Positions 1 through 14,544 of a stretch of DNA of 64,000 nt are shown here, piece after piece. The notes below the pieces were generated by a model. The model had not been told where the DNA came from. It searched no databases and saw only the letters and a program-made list of their open reading frames with translations. The position numbers were made by a program, and so were the translations under genes. This DNA comes from Takakia lepidozioides (taxonomy: Eukaryota > Plantae > Bryophyta). The stretch is taken from assembly GCA_030704615.1 (NCBI GenBank), contig CM060731.1:85622001-85686000 (forward strand), in the 5' to 3' direction. Within the stretch, counting starts at the first letter, position 1; every line of letters starts with the position of its first letter.

Positions 1-472
1 AGAACACACTAAGAGAGATTGTGAGGCACTAATAGAACTGGTAAAGTATGCCAGGCTTAGATCAGACACTAGTGACTGATCATCCAGATGTAGGGGACGT
101 CCTAATTTCGTATGATATTGATGTATCACCGTATACTAACCCGAGACCGACATTCTTTCATCAATCCTCAAGAGCGCATAATGGAGACCTATGTGTGCGA
201 ATCATACATGCTGGTAATAGGGTCATAGTAGTATTGTGGACACGAGTAGCTTACGCATGGGTCATGGTGTCCGCCATGTTTAGGAGGGTGACCGTGAGTG
301 GAAGAGACGAAGTGATACAGAATGGTAACCGGATGTCTGGTGCAAGGAAGGGCGAGTGTATCTGGTGTGCACTCCATAAATTAATACTAACTTTACTAAC
401 AACGTAGCAATATGGCAAGTTCATCCGGGGTAGATGCTCCATATTACGCTAGGGAGTCTGAGGATGTGGTGG

Positions 473-3400
473 CACTACATGAAACGGGGGGGGGGGTGGT
501 TTAGCGACGCCGTGACGTCGCTAAATTGCCATTTTGGGGCAGGGTGAAAACCCCATCCGGGCGTCGCAACACCATCGCAGGGGCGTGGCAAGAATAACGT
601 CGCTATTATCCGACGGATGGGGGTCGCTAAGCACTGCCACCACCCGTGACGCACGTCGCTTTAAGGCGATCCACAGCACTGGCAGTGCCTCCTGCTAGCG
701 ACGCCTTGCCATCACTGCCTTCCAGCCGGCGGCATGGTGTGGGGGCGACGGCTCGGTGTCGCTGATAGCTTTTTTCTTGGAAGTGCCCGGAGGTGCCTCA
801 AAAAATTGAGACACATGGCGCCATGGGGCGTTGCCAGCCGGCTGCGTGGGGCCCCATCTTTGCAACGCCTGGGCGTGGCAACAGTCAGCCAGGTGTTCCA
901 GAGGGGTTGGTTCTAGCGACCCCCATATGTTGCAAAAAAACAAACTTGTCGCAGGCAGCTACGCCGCGCCGTCGGTTGCAGCGACCCCCTGCCAAAAAAA
1001 CCCGTCGCAGGGGGCCACACCCCGCCGTCAGGAGCAGCGACCCCCGGCCCAAAAAACCCGTCGTAGTGGGCCACGCCCCGCCGAGGCTCTGGCGGACCCC
1101 GCCCACACAAAACCCCGAACAGGGGGCACGCCATGCCGTTGGTGCTAGCGACCCCCCCACAAAAAAACCCGTCGAATGGGAGTCAGGGTTGGCAAAGGCG
1201 GGGGTGGTTGCATGCGACGCGCAGGGATGGCAACAGGTAACGCCCTGGGTTGTTTCATGTGACCTCCGGGGGTGGCCTACTATTTTGCATTGAATTGGGG
1301 GTGGATTTTTTGTTTTTTCTTGGGTTTTTTTTTTTTGGGGGTGTTGGGGGACCTCACCATAGGCTTTTCTCTTGCAGGTGCACAAGTCTGGTTAAGTGCA
1401 TGATTAGTATGAACAAAGCATGAATTGAGGGTGAGCTCGATGCGGCACCAAAATGAATACAAGGTGAAAGATGGAAATATATTTACAAGCAATAAGCGCA
1501 CATGTTTCGCCCACAAGGGTTCAGACGTAGGCTGATTCCGTGATCTACACTCTGACTACGACTACTCATCGTCGGAATCATCGGAGTCATGGCTATCCCA
1601 TGAGCCTGATGATGACTCCGTGGATGATACTCTATCGCTAGCACCCGGCTGCGCCTGCGCCGGAGCACCTGAAAGGGGTCCCTGAACTCCCACAGAGCTC
1701 TCATCCACTCCTGGCCTGCATGACCCCCCCCCCCCCCCACCCCCCCCCCACCCCCCCCCCCCCCCCCCCCCCTCATCCATACTAGTGCCATGTAGTGATG
1801 CACTGACCCCCTCTGAGTGTGCCATGTTGGTCATGAGGGATTCCAACCATGTTCCTTGCAGTAATTGTACTCTATCCGAGAAGACGTCCTCTTAAACATG
1901 CGTTGCTACACATGCCAAAAATTAAAGTTAGTTCCTCACGATGATGGAGCTAGAAAGAAGACATAACAAAACCCATAGGGAAGTATGATTTACAAATCGA
2001 GTGATAAAACCCTTGGATCCGCCGGAGCCCCACTTGTGGACATAGTCGTGCTTCTCAAGGCGGACTGTTGTTGCGGAGCGTGCCTTCTCAAAATTGGCCT
2101 TCTTTGTCGCATCATTTTCTCCCGCAATGAGCGCATCCCACGATACCTAATCCACCCCCCCCACAATTAGTGAATCACACACATATGTTGCATCGAATCC
2201 ACCTCATTACTGCACATGCAAGAAATGGAAGGTGAAATGATTCAAGGATTTGCCAACCTGTGTAATTCCAAAAGGTGGTTTGGGTGGGACCCCATTCGCC
2301 ATTGCCCTCCGAATGGTCTCTCTGGCACGGTACCTCTTCTTCTTCTTCTTCTTCTCGTGCCCCTTCTCGACAACTATCTCCTTCCCCTTCCCCGGTACTT
2401 CCTCTCTCTCATTCTCCATCTCCCTTCTCTCTCTCGTCGGTAGCCCTTTCATTGATGGCAAAAGGGACCTCGGGAGTTTGAGCTCTCTTCATCTTACCTT
2501 TGGTGTTTGGGTCCTTCACGAACACCACGTGCCCTCCCTCATTGGCAACCTCACTGGGATGCACCAATGAGGCCAAGTATGCCGCTGCCTCCTGAAGACG
2601 AATAACCCCCCCAAATTTTTAAAAAAAAACAAACAACAAAGAAAAACATGCATGCAAAGCAAAGGACAAAACATGCAATGGGCAAGGTACAATGGAAATA
2701 CCTTTACAACCTTGGCCGACTCGCCCCCGATGTCACCTGATGTGGGAGGAGTCCCCGCTACCGGAAGTCCCCGCACTATCCCCTCCCGGAGTGACGGTGG
2801 GAAAAAATTCCACAACACCGTAGTCCCCGGCGGCGCCCCGTAGTCCAGGCCCTTCTTTGCTGACCGCTCAGGCTCTCCGGGTGACGTCGCTGACCGGCCA
2901 GGCTCTCCACCAGCCCCCTAGCTCCTCCCTCCCGCCCAAAACTCTTGGCTACGGTGGGGCCCCTCTCTAACCCAGCCATCAATCGGCATTCCTCCTCAAC
3001 TCCTCCCTCAACTCCTCCCTCAAGGGAGACAATGGGATAGGAACCAACACTTCCGGAGGCCCTCAAACCTGACCTTGGGCCTTGGCAAGTGCAGCCTTCG
3101 CTGCGGAGGAAGGGATCGCTACAGGGGTGAGATCCAAAAGCTGCCCATATCGGGTCACCGAACGGGTGATGCGCTTGCCAAGGAACATTTCAGCCGGCTT
3201 GGTGGCCGGGGGTGTGCTGAACTGAGCCACGGGAACATATCCGTCTCAGCAACAACCTCCCGAGGAGGAGAGCTGGTGAGCCGGCCCTGGCGCATCCAAG
3301 ACGGCAGAATAGGAGGGGGGGGGGATTGGCCTCAGGTTGCGGGGTGAACCCGGCGACACGGCAGTCTATGGGGCTGGTAACCCGTGAGGTGCCAGCCCGC

Positions 3401-3950
3401 GTCACACGTCCTAGGATAAGAAACGGGTTCACCGCGCCTTTCTTTGGGGCAGGGACTTCTTCTCTTTCCCCATACTCCTGGCACCTGTCATGCAATGGAG
3501 ACATTAGGCCTTCGTGGAAAAACAACTCTAGATTCCAGATCAAAAAAAAAAACAAAATGAATGTCCCTCTCTCCCTGTTCAATCAGGATGTGGAGAGAGA
3601 GGGAGAGAGGAGGGGAGAGAGGGAGTGCTGCGGGAAAAAAACAAAAAAGAACGTGGGGGGAGTGACTGAGCAGAAGCTGCTAAGTTCCCCCCCCCCCCCC
3701 CCCCCTACATTCCTTTTTGTTTTTTTCTTCCTCATCTATACCCTCTCTCTCCCTCTCTCCCTCTGTCCCTGTCTCTCCCTCTGTCCCTGTCTCTCCCTCT
3801 TTTCCCTCATCTCTCCCTCTGTCCAATCAGGATGTGGGGAGAGAAGGAAGATATACATGTCATGTCAAGACATGGACAAGACCACTAAGGTCATTGTCAT
3901 TGAAAGACAAGGCAGCCCTTTACAGGGCGCCATCTAACAACCCTTTTTTT
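473..3950 (-). mobile_element. CACTA (En/Spm) element fragment, copy 1: terminus CACTACATGAAA, subterminal GCGACG/CGTCGC repeats, degenerate spliced TnpA/Ptta-like ORF
   Basis: CACTA starts at 473. Dense GCGAC/GTCGC repeats at about 500-1260. Minus-strand peptides (EREEVPGKGKEIVVEKG...RYRARETIRRAMANGVPPKPPFGITQVGKS) are homologous to the plus-strand copy at 30100-33517. The right boundary is approximate because no second terminus was found. Confidence 0.75.
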
Positions 3951-4199
3951 TAACCATCTCATTTGAATACATCGTTACATTTCAGGGTTGGTATCTGAAA
4001 AAACAGGGGTCGGAGGGCGGGATTGCTGGTCATTCATATCATGAAAGCACATGGGTGGACATCAGACATTCATCACCTTGTAGATTGTAATCTCATTTCA
4101 AAAAACCCAGATTGCAGGTCTGGAGATGAATCTCCATAGCCAAGCATATAGTACTTAAAATTGAAATTGAAACAGTAAGACATACATGTCTTTAGCATA

Positions 4200-7100
4200 T
4201 TCCAGCCAACTAATACTGGTACATCTGGATCTGGTATTTCTAGCTAGAGGCATCGCATGTTATTGTACTATGGATGAATGAATATATTGGGATGAAGGAG
4301 GGAGGTGGATGATAAACATCCATAAAATGATGAGAGGGGAGGTGAAATTGAAAGTTGGCATGGAGTAAAATCTTGGAGTGACATTATGTGTATATAATGG
4401 AATGAATAGAATAGTAGATGTTTGTCAGTGATAGAAATAGAGAAATCTAGTTGGGCATGGTATCTTACAAGTTGATGATTGGAGTGGCACCCGTGGAGAG
4501 CCACGTTTGGGGAGAGGCCTGTGAACAAGAAGGATGAGTTAATTTGGTATACATCATATGAGTGGTATATGGTAATAGATGTAACAGCTTGAAGTGTGGA
4601 TTTATCTTTCAGAGAGATAGAGGGGTATGCCTGATACAGGCTGATTCTTGCAGTGGCATGACATTGTGTGTCGGTGCAACCACTACTAATCTTGTTGTGG
4701 AGGGGACAGATGCAATACATAAGCAGTGAGAGGAGTCTGATAGACACAGAGAACCATTGGTGACGAGAGATGGAGAGGACAGCAGGGTGAACGAATGCAG
4801 GCATAGAATGTATTCATTGTGTATAAAAGATGAGAATGGTTGTCTAGCAAGCAGAATAGTGATGAAAAGGAAGTAAAGCTGAGTGGGGCAGGATAGCTAC
4901 CTTTGTAGATCTGGAGTGTCATCAGTCCTGTAGAGGATTGGTTTGTACCTGGGAGGGCAGAATGGGTTAGCCGGGGGTGGGACTGGTCGGATGCAGTATG
5001 TTGCGAGTACCTGGCTTGGGCAGCAGCTTGTTTGAGAGGTGTATCGAGCCGATCCCATTGTCTTTTGATATGCCACTTGGGTTTCATAAGCCATCTGTAG
5101 CACAGTGACTGAGTGTCAGAGATAACTGGCATAATCCAAGGAGTACTGTGGAAATGATTATACTTAGAAAGGGGAAGGAAAGGTAGCTGTGGGAGGGGGT
5201 GGGGTGCTCCCTGGAGGAGAGATGATAATGCCCTTGCTGCGGGTGGGGTGGGAGCCCCCCACCAGTACCAATTCCCTGTTATTCGAGCCCTGGTGCGGGC
5301 AGCTTGGGGACTCACCCGCCAGCCGGGTACGGAATGCAGAGCCAGCGAGGTCCAAGTTGCGGAAGAAGGTAGCCCGCTGCCAGCGTGGTCAGTGTTGGTC
5401 ATAGCAGGCCACCAATTGACATTGCCCGTGTAGCCAGTCTTCAGGGTACTGTTGATCTCTTTGAGTACATACACTCCGCCTGTAGGGCATATTGTGCTTG
5501 GCCCTTGATAAACTCCAACATGTGTGCAGGGCAGGTGATCCTTCTTGGCGACAGACCAGTAGAGTTTACTGAGAGGCGTAGCTAAGACTTAATTCTTGTA
5601 ACTCCAGAACAAGCTACTAACAAGCCCTTATTTAGCCTTGCTTTCAGTAAGTAGTCTCAAGTATGTCGAAGTATGAATATTGGGTAGCCGCACTGGAATA
5701 CTTTCTGGTATATCCCGATATAGGATGTCACTGGGGGGTCTATAAATAAAACAATTTGAAAACAAACACTCCTTGGCTATTAATTAACTTTGCAGAGAGA
5801 CCGGATGATGCTTCAAAGGCCCAGTGTTCCTCTGGGCAACTGACACTGTGATAGCCTTTCTAGAGCATGCTAGGTTGTACTCCACCACATAACCCATTGG
5901 ACACCCGGATAAAACTACAACAAGGAAAAGCCAAGCATTGTTCTATTGTCGTATTTCATTCTCTGCTTATCCCTTCCCGGTGTCAGTCTGGTCCTGTGAA
6001 AGAGGAAAGCAATGCTACAAAGCTTGGACACTTTGTGCTCCTCTTCAGAACCTTGAGCCAATTCCGGCTCTAAGCATGAGAATCGGCATCATACGCGTTT
6101 CTCTGGTAATGTAAAACGTGACGGTGACATCCCTGGTACTGTGTAAGACCAATCGGTGGGGAGCGGGTAGGCCCAACATAGCAAACAGAATAGGTGTCGT
6201 GGGCATCCATGATCCAGTGGGGGGTAGGTGGGACGTGGAATGTAAGCCTGAGCCTGGTTTGGTAGGTATAACAGATTTCAGATCTTTAAGCAACGCAGGG
6301 GGATTCGTGGTGGCATGTGAGTGAACATACCAGTGCCTCGTCGTGTAGGCGACGGGGGGCACCAGGTGCTGGGGGCCTGTGTGCCCAAAGGTACCTTCTT
6401 GGGCAGTTGGGAGGCATTCTTGGGGTACAAATTTGAACTTGGTGCATGCCCCGGCCATCCAGGACCAGGATGCGCTCCCTCCCGTTGAGCGCAGGGGTTT
6501 GACTGAGCCTCGCCGCCTTGATCCAGGGGCTCACTGTGCTTGTGTGCGGGGGGTTGTCCAGATCGTGTGCCTCAGAACACCGTGACGCATACTGAGCCGG
6601 AAGTAGAGTGACGAGCCAAGGCCCTCGGAATACAAGAATGAAATCATCATGAGAATAACACATCGTAGTTAATAACAAATGGTTCACCTGTGGATCGAGA
6701 TAGCAGTATGAGGACACGAGTATGTTGCTCCTTGTGTTGCGAGACGAATCTGCTTGGTGGGATGGCATAGCGCCGATCTTGAGCTCGGGGGTGGAAAACT
6801 TCACTGAATCTGGCATGGTATAGCTTGAAAGGACCGCAATCATGAGGCAGTAGATGTAGAGAGGGCGGAAATCTTTGGCAGTAACGCAGCGCTGCGCAGC
6901 AGCGCAGCAAGCAGAGAACCGGGCCATGGCGGCGATCATAGCCAAACTTAGATAGGGGTAGGACAGCGGAGGCGCTGAAAACAGAGGCAATAGCATGTAA
7001 CAGAGGGGAAAAATAGGTGGAACCCTAAATGATTAGTCATAACTAAAGTTAGTGAAGACTAGGCGGGAGGAGCAGAGCTCCGCCCTCCCTCATGACGCCT
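4200..7100 (-). mobile_element. Degenerate TE-like coding remnant (possibly the 5' part of a non-LTR element)
   Basis: A chain of broken minus-strand ORFs (4268-4804, 4686-5474, 6045-6458, 6286-6996) with C/A-rich sense-strand composition like the LINE at 47175-48710. No diagnostic motif was recognised. Confidence 0.25.
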
Positions 7101-8393
7101 GCTTTTGGGCACGGGGGGGCATTTCCAGTATCCAGAGTTATTGGTGCACATCGTGGGCAAGAACCTGGGCTCCGTAGGAATTCGAGGACGCCTGAAACGT
7201 GGAGCTAGGGGTGGCCGGATGGAGACTTCAACTTAGAAAGAAATAGCAACGCTTGCAACAAGGTGTTCAATTCGATGCTTGCCATGTATCTTAAACTTGT
7301 TGCTGTTCTTCCAAGTCTTTACACTGCAAACCCTTATGAGTGAAGGTAACTGTGATATTCGATGCTGCAGCCTCGCAGTAGAATAGTTGCACGTGAAGGA
7401 TGAGGACCCCTAATATTGCAAAAGGCTACCTTCAGCAGCATACATGTCTTTGGAGGAAGGTTTTTTGGCCATATCGACCCCAGATTGCTAACATTGGTTT
7501 ACTCCCAGGGCCCACAATTTATACCCAAGCGGCCCTGCGGCAGGAGAAAGTATTATTCCAAGCTTATTGAATGGAAATTGATGTTTTCAAAAAGAGCCTC
7601 CGTATGTCAGAGAGTATGAACAATTACTATGCATAGTGAGCGTTTGCAGTTTGCAGTCTCACTATCATCATGCCCATAGATGGAACAGTGAATGCATTTA
7701 GAGTTTCATTTCAATTGGCTGACTGTTTATGCAGAGTAGGCAACCTGCTCCCATAGAACTTCAGCCTCGCACCCAACCTGGGAGGCTTCTCATGTACTTA
7801 AAGCACTTATCAGAATCTGAGTAGAAGCTATTAATAGATTTGTCCAGGATTCACGTTGTTCAGTTCTGAGCTCGGCCTCAATCTCCTGATCTCTCCAAAG
7901 TTTGTAGTTACGAGAAAGAAAGAACTTCACAATGTCCATTGCACTTTCTATGCCATGCCCAACGTTTCACCTACCAGGTAAGAACTAAGGTACGTCTGAC
8001 CAATGACTACATGTTTCAAAACTGACTACTGCTTATGGGATTACCATGACCCGGTAGTCTGATTTATCACCATAATACAGAACCACATATAAACAACAGT
8101 TGGCCTTCAAAAAACTTCTCATCAGTCAAATAGTTTTGCCAACTATCCCACTAAGCCGACAACCCAATGCTCCGAGGGGTTCACTTCACCAATGAAGTTT
8201 CAGCACTTGTACAGATCATCAAGCAGTTTTCCCAACAAAATCTTCACTGAACCTGGTTTACCTGCACTCGGTGTACATTCCTGCTTTCGGACTGCTTGAT
8301 GTGCTTTACAAACAATTTGATACGTAGACTTTTTCTGGTTCTCAAGAGGAGCTCTCACTGCCCTGGACTTTCTGTTCCCTGTCAGATGCACTC

Positions 8394-11300
8394 TCACCCC
8401 CCACACAGATTGCCTGACTGACGATGCTGAAGTTCCTCTAGCTCTTTCCGGGCTTCCAAAATTAGTTCTTTGACAGCGTCGCCCTGCTTCTCCAGTTCGG
8501 TCACAATGTGTATTGAACATGCAAGTGCCTCATCATACCTGTAGGAGGAATCTCATTACTCAATTTTCATGGAGGAAGACCGATGCAATATACTGTGGAG
8601 TAGCATGGTAGATGTGGTGAGAAAGAAGGACAGAGTGTCTCGTATTCATTAGCAGGGAGGGCATCACAGAGTCACATTGTGGAACTGATCTCAAGCTGGG
8701 ATGAAGATACAGACAGCCAGACAGACAGACTCAACCATACCTCTCAAGATTGGAGTACACCTTGACAAGGTTTGGATAGACTGCAATGGTGTCATGTTGC
8801 CCTGGTCCATGTGTCTTTGTCAATATGGCCTTTGCTTCCTCAAAAAGCTTCACTGCCTGCGCCAATCGGTCCAGCTCGACTTGAGCGACACCTAAATGAT
8901 TGAGCACCAAAGCAAGGGAGAAATGACCATCCCCAAAGCTCTTTCTCAGTTTCATGACAGCTTCTTCCATGTACGAAATGGCCTCTTCCACATGCCCAGT
9001 GAAGAAGAGAAGCATTCCGATTTGGGCCTGAGCACCAGCAGCCGCATTCAATTGTTGAGGTACTTTTTCAAACACAGAGAGAGCCCGCTTCAGTAATCCT
9101 ATTGCATCTTCAGGTTGATTCATTCGTTCATATATTGCAGCCAATTCCGTAAAGCCTGCCCCTACTGCAAGATTGTCAGGGCCTTCTGCTGCCAACGCCT
9201 CCATTATTTTGTCATAAAATTCAATAGCGGCCCTGCAATGTCGGTGAGATCAACACTGAGCAAACAGATAAACTGAGATTTTCGGTGAGATTCCTTATCC
9301 AATGGTGCTAGATGAAGGCACTACCAAGGGACCACCGCAAAAGACCAACATGAAAGGATGCTGATCTATGGTGAGTTGTACGAAACAATGCGGTACTATT
9401 CATGAACCTGCAGACACTGATATAGAGATGAGCATAGCCAACATCACACTTACTCCCCCCCACTAACCTGCAGTATGATGTGGCTTCCTCCCTCTTCCCT
9501 TGCTGGGCATATGCCTTGGCAAGGTTCACAGTAGCCAGTGCTCGTATGGGGCTTACATCTTCCAGCTGAGACATAGCACTCCGGAGGGACGCAATTGCAT
9601 CATCAAACCTCCCCAAAGTGATTTGAGTGTCCGCTGTTGCAATTTCTACAAACAAAGCCTCAGGTCCAAAGTTTTTCTCTTTTAGGATTTTCTTCACCAT
9701 GTTTTGTTCCTCCAGGGCTTTCTCATGTTCATCTAGTCCACTGTAAATCACAGCCAGAAGCCGGCGGTCGATGGCTTCATTTACAGAACCAGTACCATTG
9801 ACTTTACGATGCATCTCCAGCGCTTGCTCTACCAGAGCTTTTGCTTCATCAAACAACATCACCTGGGTAAATGCCTCGCCCACCTGTCGAGCACAATTCA
9901 ACAAGCAACTTCGATTTAAGATGATAAGTAACGCAATTATTAGACTGTCAGGTATTCATATGACAGGTCAATAATTCAGGTAAGGAGGGTTCACGAAATC
10001 AGGTATTAACCTGCCGGTAGTTGGTGGCTAGTTGTGGGTGAGGACGTTCCGAGAGAGTCTCTTGCACAGCTAATCCCACACAATAATGATGGAGGGCATC
10101 TTCATGCTTTCCAAGTGCAGCCAGGGTGTCACCAAGCAAGAAATGTATCGCGAACTTCACTGGGTCATAGTCCTTCCCTTCATTTTGGTCAACAATCTTG
10201 AGTGCCTGATTCAAACTGGCCAGGCTTTTCTCATGTTGCCCTAGTCTCTGGTATGATGAAGCCATCAGGTGATGACACATGGCTGTCTCTGCTGCAAAAC
10301 CTGGAGAACTCGCCTCAAATATCTTCAGGGCTTGCTCCCCCTGGCTCAGGAAACTTTCAGGACTTTCGCCTGCAGTCTCATACTCCTGGCCCAGTCTCAA
10401 AGCAATGATTGCTATTCGGGGGTCTTTAGGGTCTGCACTCTCCTGCAACTCCTGCAGCATTTCTTTGAGACTGGCAATGCTCACCTTGCCCCCTACATCA
10501 TGAAGAACTTGAAGTGGGTACGAGTATATTTTGTCATCTTATTCGAGAGAGTGAGCAAGAAAGAGCTCCTAAGCTTCTTACGCAAAAAAGAGATGCTCAC
10601 CTTTCCCCTCTTTCAGGGCCTTCTCATATGCCTTCTCTGCTTCCTTCAGTAGCTCTACATTCTCGAGCAAGTGTTCTTCATCACCCTCCTCCACTTTTGG
10701 TTCTGCACAGGACGTGTAGAGATAATCAATGATCACAAGTCACAAGTATACCATTGGAGGTTGAGGTGAGAATATTGGTAACTCTCTCTTACCATGCCTC
10801 CACAAATTTTTGAAACTTCTGAAGTACACAAAACACTCCACAAAAGTGGTGTGATTCTCTGTTCACTAAAATGTTGCATGGCTGCTCCTATAAAAAGCAG
10901 TTTTTGAAACTTCTCAAATACATCTGATTGCAAGAATGGCCTCCTTCACTGCAGCGAAAGAAGACTTATTAATAAATATGAGAGACGGAAACTTTCAGTA
11001 ACCCTATAGCTGCAGTCAAATACCAGTGGTTTATCAGAGCTGGCTTTCTGATACATGGTGCAGCAATGAAGGTCATCTAGGCTGTCAACATCCAGAAAAC
11101 ATCTGGCACAAAGACAGTCAAGCTGTGACAAGAAGTTTCTGACAAAACCTTATTAAACAAACTCATTCACAGCATCAATACATCGTTCAGGGCTCAAATG
11201 GAACTGCAAAGACCTCCAGTGCAAATCAATTCTTTGGTTGTTTGTCAATGGTGCCAACCATAGTGACCATGCCTTTGCACATATCTGAGACCACAACATT

Positions 11301-12868
11301 TACAAACTGATGGGCCTACATCGTCAAGACCTATGTACTCCACCAGGTGACCCAATGCCGGATCCATTCCTGCCACACAGGAGAGAGATTACGCAGAGTT
11401 TAGGGTAACTGGACCCCTAGGCCTGTTACGGGGGAGGAAACTCTGCAATAGGGTGTGCAAGTAAACTTGGCGCTCTGCAGATTGGACTAACTCACTCCCA
11501 GCGAGAGGGAGAGAGAGAATGTACTCATGAGACGTTGTTTGCCGTAGCCTTGTGGCCATTGAGAGAGAGAGAGAGAAGACGACTCAACAGACTTTTGTTC
11601 CACCCTGATTTGGACAGCACAAGAAATGAGAGAGGAGATGTGAACTCTCCTGTTTGATGGACAAATAAAGGGCAAAAAAGGTACAACAAATGGAAGAGAT
11701 TCAGAACCTCCTCGGCATGCAGCAAGGGGAGCATCCACTTCAATAGGAGGTGCTTCATTGATCAGCTCCCCTGGCGACTCCCTGTCAGTGTTCTGGCACC
11801 CACATGACCATGACCCCAATTAGAACATCCACACAGCAAAATGGAGAAACTATATTGGTGTCATCATAAGGCATTGACAAGCCAGGAAAAACTCATAAAC
11901 CAATATCCTTATTCCTACTGTGTCTATCAAATATGTATCTCTGCTAGTATTGTCAGGTTGCAATGCAATCATAGCCACAGTGGCTCATCTGTGCAGTTAA
12001 AGATCACATCTGCCTATCATTTCTTCGTAGCTCTCCCGGTACTGCACCCATAGGCACAGTACGACACATCTGTGTAAAGGGCAAGGGCTTAAGTAGGCGG
12101 GGTATTTTTCCAGTATGATCTCGCTCCCAGCCTTCAATCTTACTGTCTATCCCATTGTGGGGTGTGGTTGAGCTTTTTGCAATTTGGAGCTTCTTTTCAT
12201 TCCTGGTTTTAGTGGACCCCATCACCAGTTTCAGGACGTCCCTCAAAATCTGTTATATGAGACTTCTACAGGGAACGACCAATGCGTATGTCCAGAACTA
12301 GAAAGGCCTGGGAGACCCCTCCACAATGACTTTGTCACGTTTGTGAGAGCTTAAGCTCGAGAGAGTAGGAAGAAGAACTTATATTGTTTTAAATGCTCTT
12401 TAAACACGACAATTCTCACAATCCCCTCAGCTCACTCCTACAAGTCGTGTCAAACGCTAGAAATTGAATAATTTCCGATACAGCGTTTAGTGAGGCATTA
12501 GCTTCAAATGGCACAACTAGATGAGACTGAGGTTTTGGAGGCAAGGGGGAAGGTTGAGGGCGTGGCGGCAACATCGTCTGATAAGGAAAGGTAGATGAGG
12601 GGGGAAAACCTATAAGTAGAAGCAATGGAAGGGGTACCTGCATCCATTTGGCAGTGTGATCGGCGTTTATTCCACGCGCAGGAATCCAACTCCCGCACAC
12701 TTGCAATGAGGATGAAGCATTCCTCCATATCCGAGAAACCCATGTCGCAGCTGCTGGTCCTTGATAGCATGTAGATTCCAGGGACGAGATAGTTGAGCAG
12801 GCAGAGAAGAGTTGAGGTCTTCCAGCAAGACGAGCCAGAAACAAGGTGGATCGCGACATGGCAGACAT
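8394..12868 (-). CDS. TPR / kinesin-light-chain-like protein, about 650 aa, probable organellar transit peptide (resembles Arabidopsis At2g31240 family)
   Basis: Exons: 12638-12868, 11708-11792 (tentative), 10601-10702, 10011-10492, 9468-9883, 8741-9232, 8394-8538. All introns are GT..AG with consistent phases; the total is 1953 nt. TPR helices include AIDRRLLAVIYSGLDEHEKALEQ, LKRALSVFEKVPQQ and FGDGHFSLALVLNHLGVAQVEL. The N-terminus is Ser/Arg/Ala-rich (MSAMSRSTLFLARLAGRP). Confidence 0.9.
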
Positions 12869-12940
12869 GAGTGCAGATGCGGAGCCCGAACGCACTCCAA
12901 TTTAGTTTCTACCACTATTGCACCAATCAAAGGAACTTGC

Positions 12941-12980
12941 TAGGGTTTAAGGGAGTTATCAGGGTTTACGGATTAGGGTT
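12941..12980 (-). promoter_or_regulatory. Telo-box (AAACCCTA) cluster upstream of the TPR gene start
   Basis: Plus strand reads TAGGGTTT at 12941-12948, with further AGGGTT(T) copies to 12980. These lie 70-110 bp 5' of the ATG at 12868. Confidence 0.5.
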
Positions 12981-13031
12981 CTGCCGTACTGGCTGGTTAG
13001 GCGCCGGTCCTCGGCACTATGTCCCAGACAC

Positions 13032-13317
13032 CAGTGTTTTTTTTTTCACTTTTCCAAAATCGCTGGCAGGGCGACATGTAGATTCTACCCAGCGCCCATG
13101 TGCGAGAATAACGAGGTGACAGAGCTGGAAAAGAGGCTATATTACAGGTGTCATATTTTAACAGGTCCACGTAGGACAAATCTGGCTCCTGGTATTTATC
13201 CTTTGGCGCTTTCTGGCGATTTTCTTGACTTTTAATCCCAGAATTCCTTAGTAAGAGTAGCTGACCCATTTTCCCAGGTCGAAATCTGGCGATTATTCGC
13301 CAGAAAAAAAAACACTG
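13032..13317. mobile_element. Non-autonomous hAT-type MITE, 286 bp
   Basis: TIRs are CAGTGTTTTTTTTT...AAAAAAAAACACTG. A perfect 8-bp TSD CCAGACAC lies at 13024-13031 and 13318-13325. Confidence 0.85.
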
Positions 13318-13734
13318 CCAGACACTATCGGGGATAGGGCGGGGGATGCCCGGGCAAAAACTGCCCGCCCGGCCACGTACTCCGCGCCACGTTAGCGCAC
13401 AGCCCTCGCCCTCTTCCGGTTGACTCCCTGCTCTCCCAGCGCCACGCGGGCACAAGCCTGGCTGTGGACCCGCCTCCCCCTAGCCTTCCTCGCCCAGGCC
13501 CACGCCTTGCCACGTGAGGGCCTCCCTACCCGCCACGTGGCCCTCCCGCGACTGGCTCTCCTATCGCGTCTCAAAAAGAATATGGCTAAACCAGATTGAG
13601 CCATATCAGGGTATAGAAAAGTACATAACACTACCTACTCCCATATATCATTTTAGGAGAATATGAAAGTGTCTTCTCTGTTTTTATTTGGGGGACTGTA
13701 TTTTTAATATATATTCTCCATAGAATGATATGGC

Positions 13735-14540
13735 ACTTTGCAGGGCGGCTCACAGTACAAAAGGCATTGAGGGCAGGTTACTACTAGCCTTCCATGTTCA
13801 AGGACGTGCACATGCATGTGCGGAAATGCGACTCTTGCCAAAGGTACACCAAAAGGGATAACCGGCTTGGAATGCCGTTAGTTCCCACACTCCCACTTGC
13901 TCCGTTTGAGAAGTGGGGGATCGACTATGTAGAGGAAGTGCACCCCGCATCAAGTCGACAAAATCGCTACAACATCGTAGCCACTGAGTACCTGACCAAG
14001 TGGGCTGAAGCCAAGGCGGTTAAGAGGGCCAACGCACAGGTCACCGCCTCTTTCATTTATGAATACATCATTTCTAGGTTTGGTTGCCCCAAAGAGATAG
14101 TGAGCGACAGAGGATCTCACTTCATCAACGACGTCATTGAAGAAATGATGGCAGCATTTTCCATCAGCACCGCAAGGCTTACCACCCCCAGACGAGTGGG
14201 TAAGTGGAGTGCGCCAACCAGACCCTGTGCAACAAAACAATTCGGGAGCACAAGCGGGACTAGGACACCAAGTTGATTTCAGCGTTGTGGGCGTTTCGCA
14301 TGACTCATAAGGTAACTACTCGACACACCCTCTTTTCATTGGTCTATGGGGTGGAGTCTATCATGCCAATTGAGACGGAAATTCCGTCCTTGCGACTAGC
14401 TATCACTGAGAGACTAGCAATATCAGAGTCATTGAAAGAACGACTAGAGATGTTGGAGGGCTTAGACGAACTCGGCAAGCGGCAACGCAACACATAGAAG
14501 CAGTCCAAAAACGCCAAGCTTTCCTTGACTGTCGTAACAC
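13735..14540 (+). pseudogene. Ty3/gypsy (non-chromoviral, Tat/Athila-like) integrase fragment
   Basis: Motifs HVRKCDSCQR, PFEKWGIDY, ATEYLTKWAEA, IVSDRGSHF and ALWAFRMTHKVTT...SLVYGVE, with frameshifts. Confidence 0.85.
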
Positions 14541-14544
14541 ACTG

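Noticed and set aside
695-1385. Overlapping Pro/Arg-rich ORFs (also 32735-33558)
   Set aside because: They arise from GC-rich CACTA subterminal repeats that lack stops by composition.
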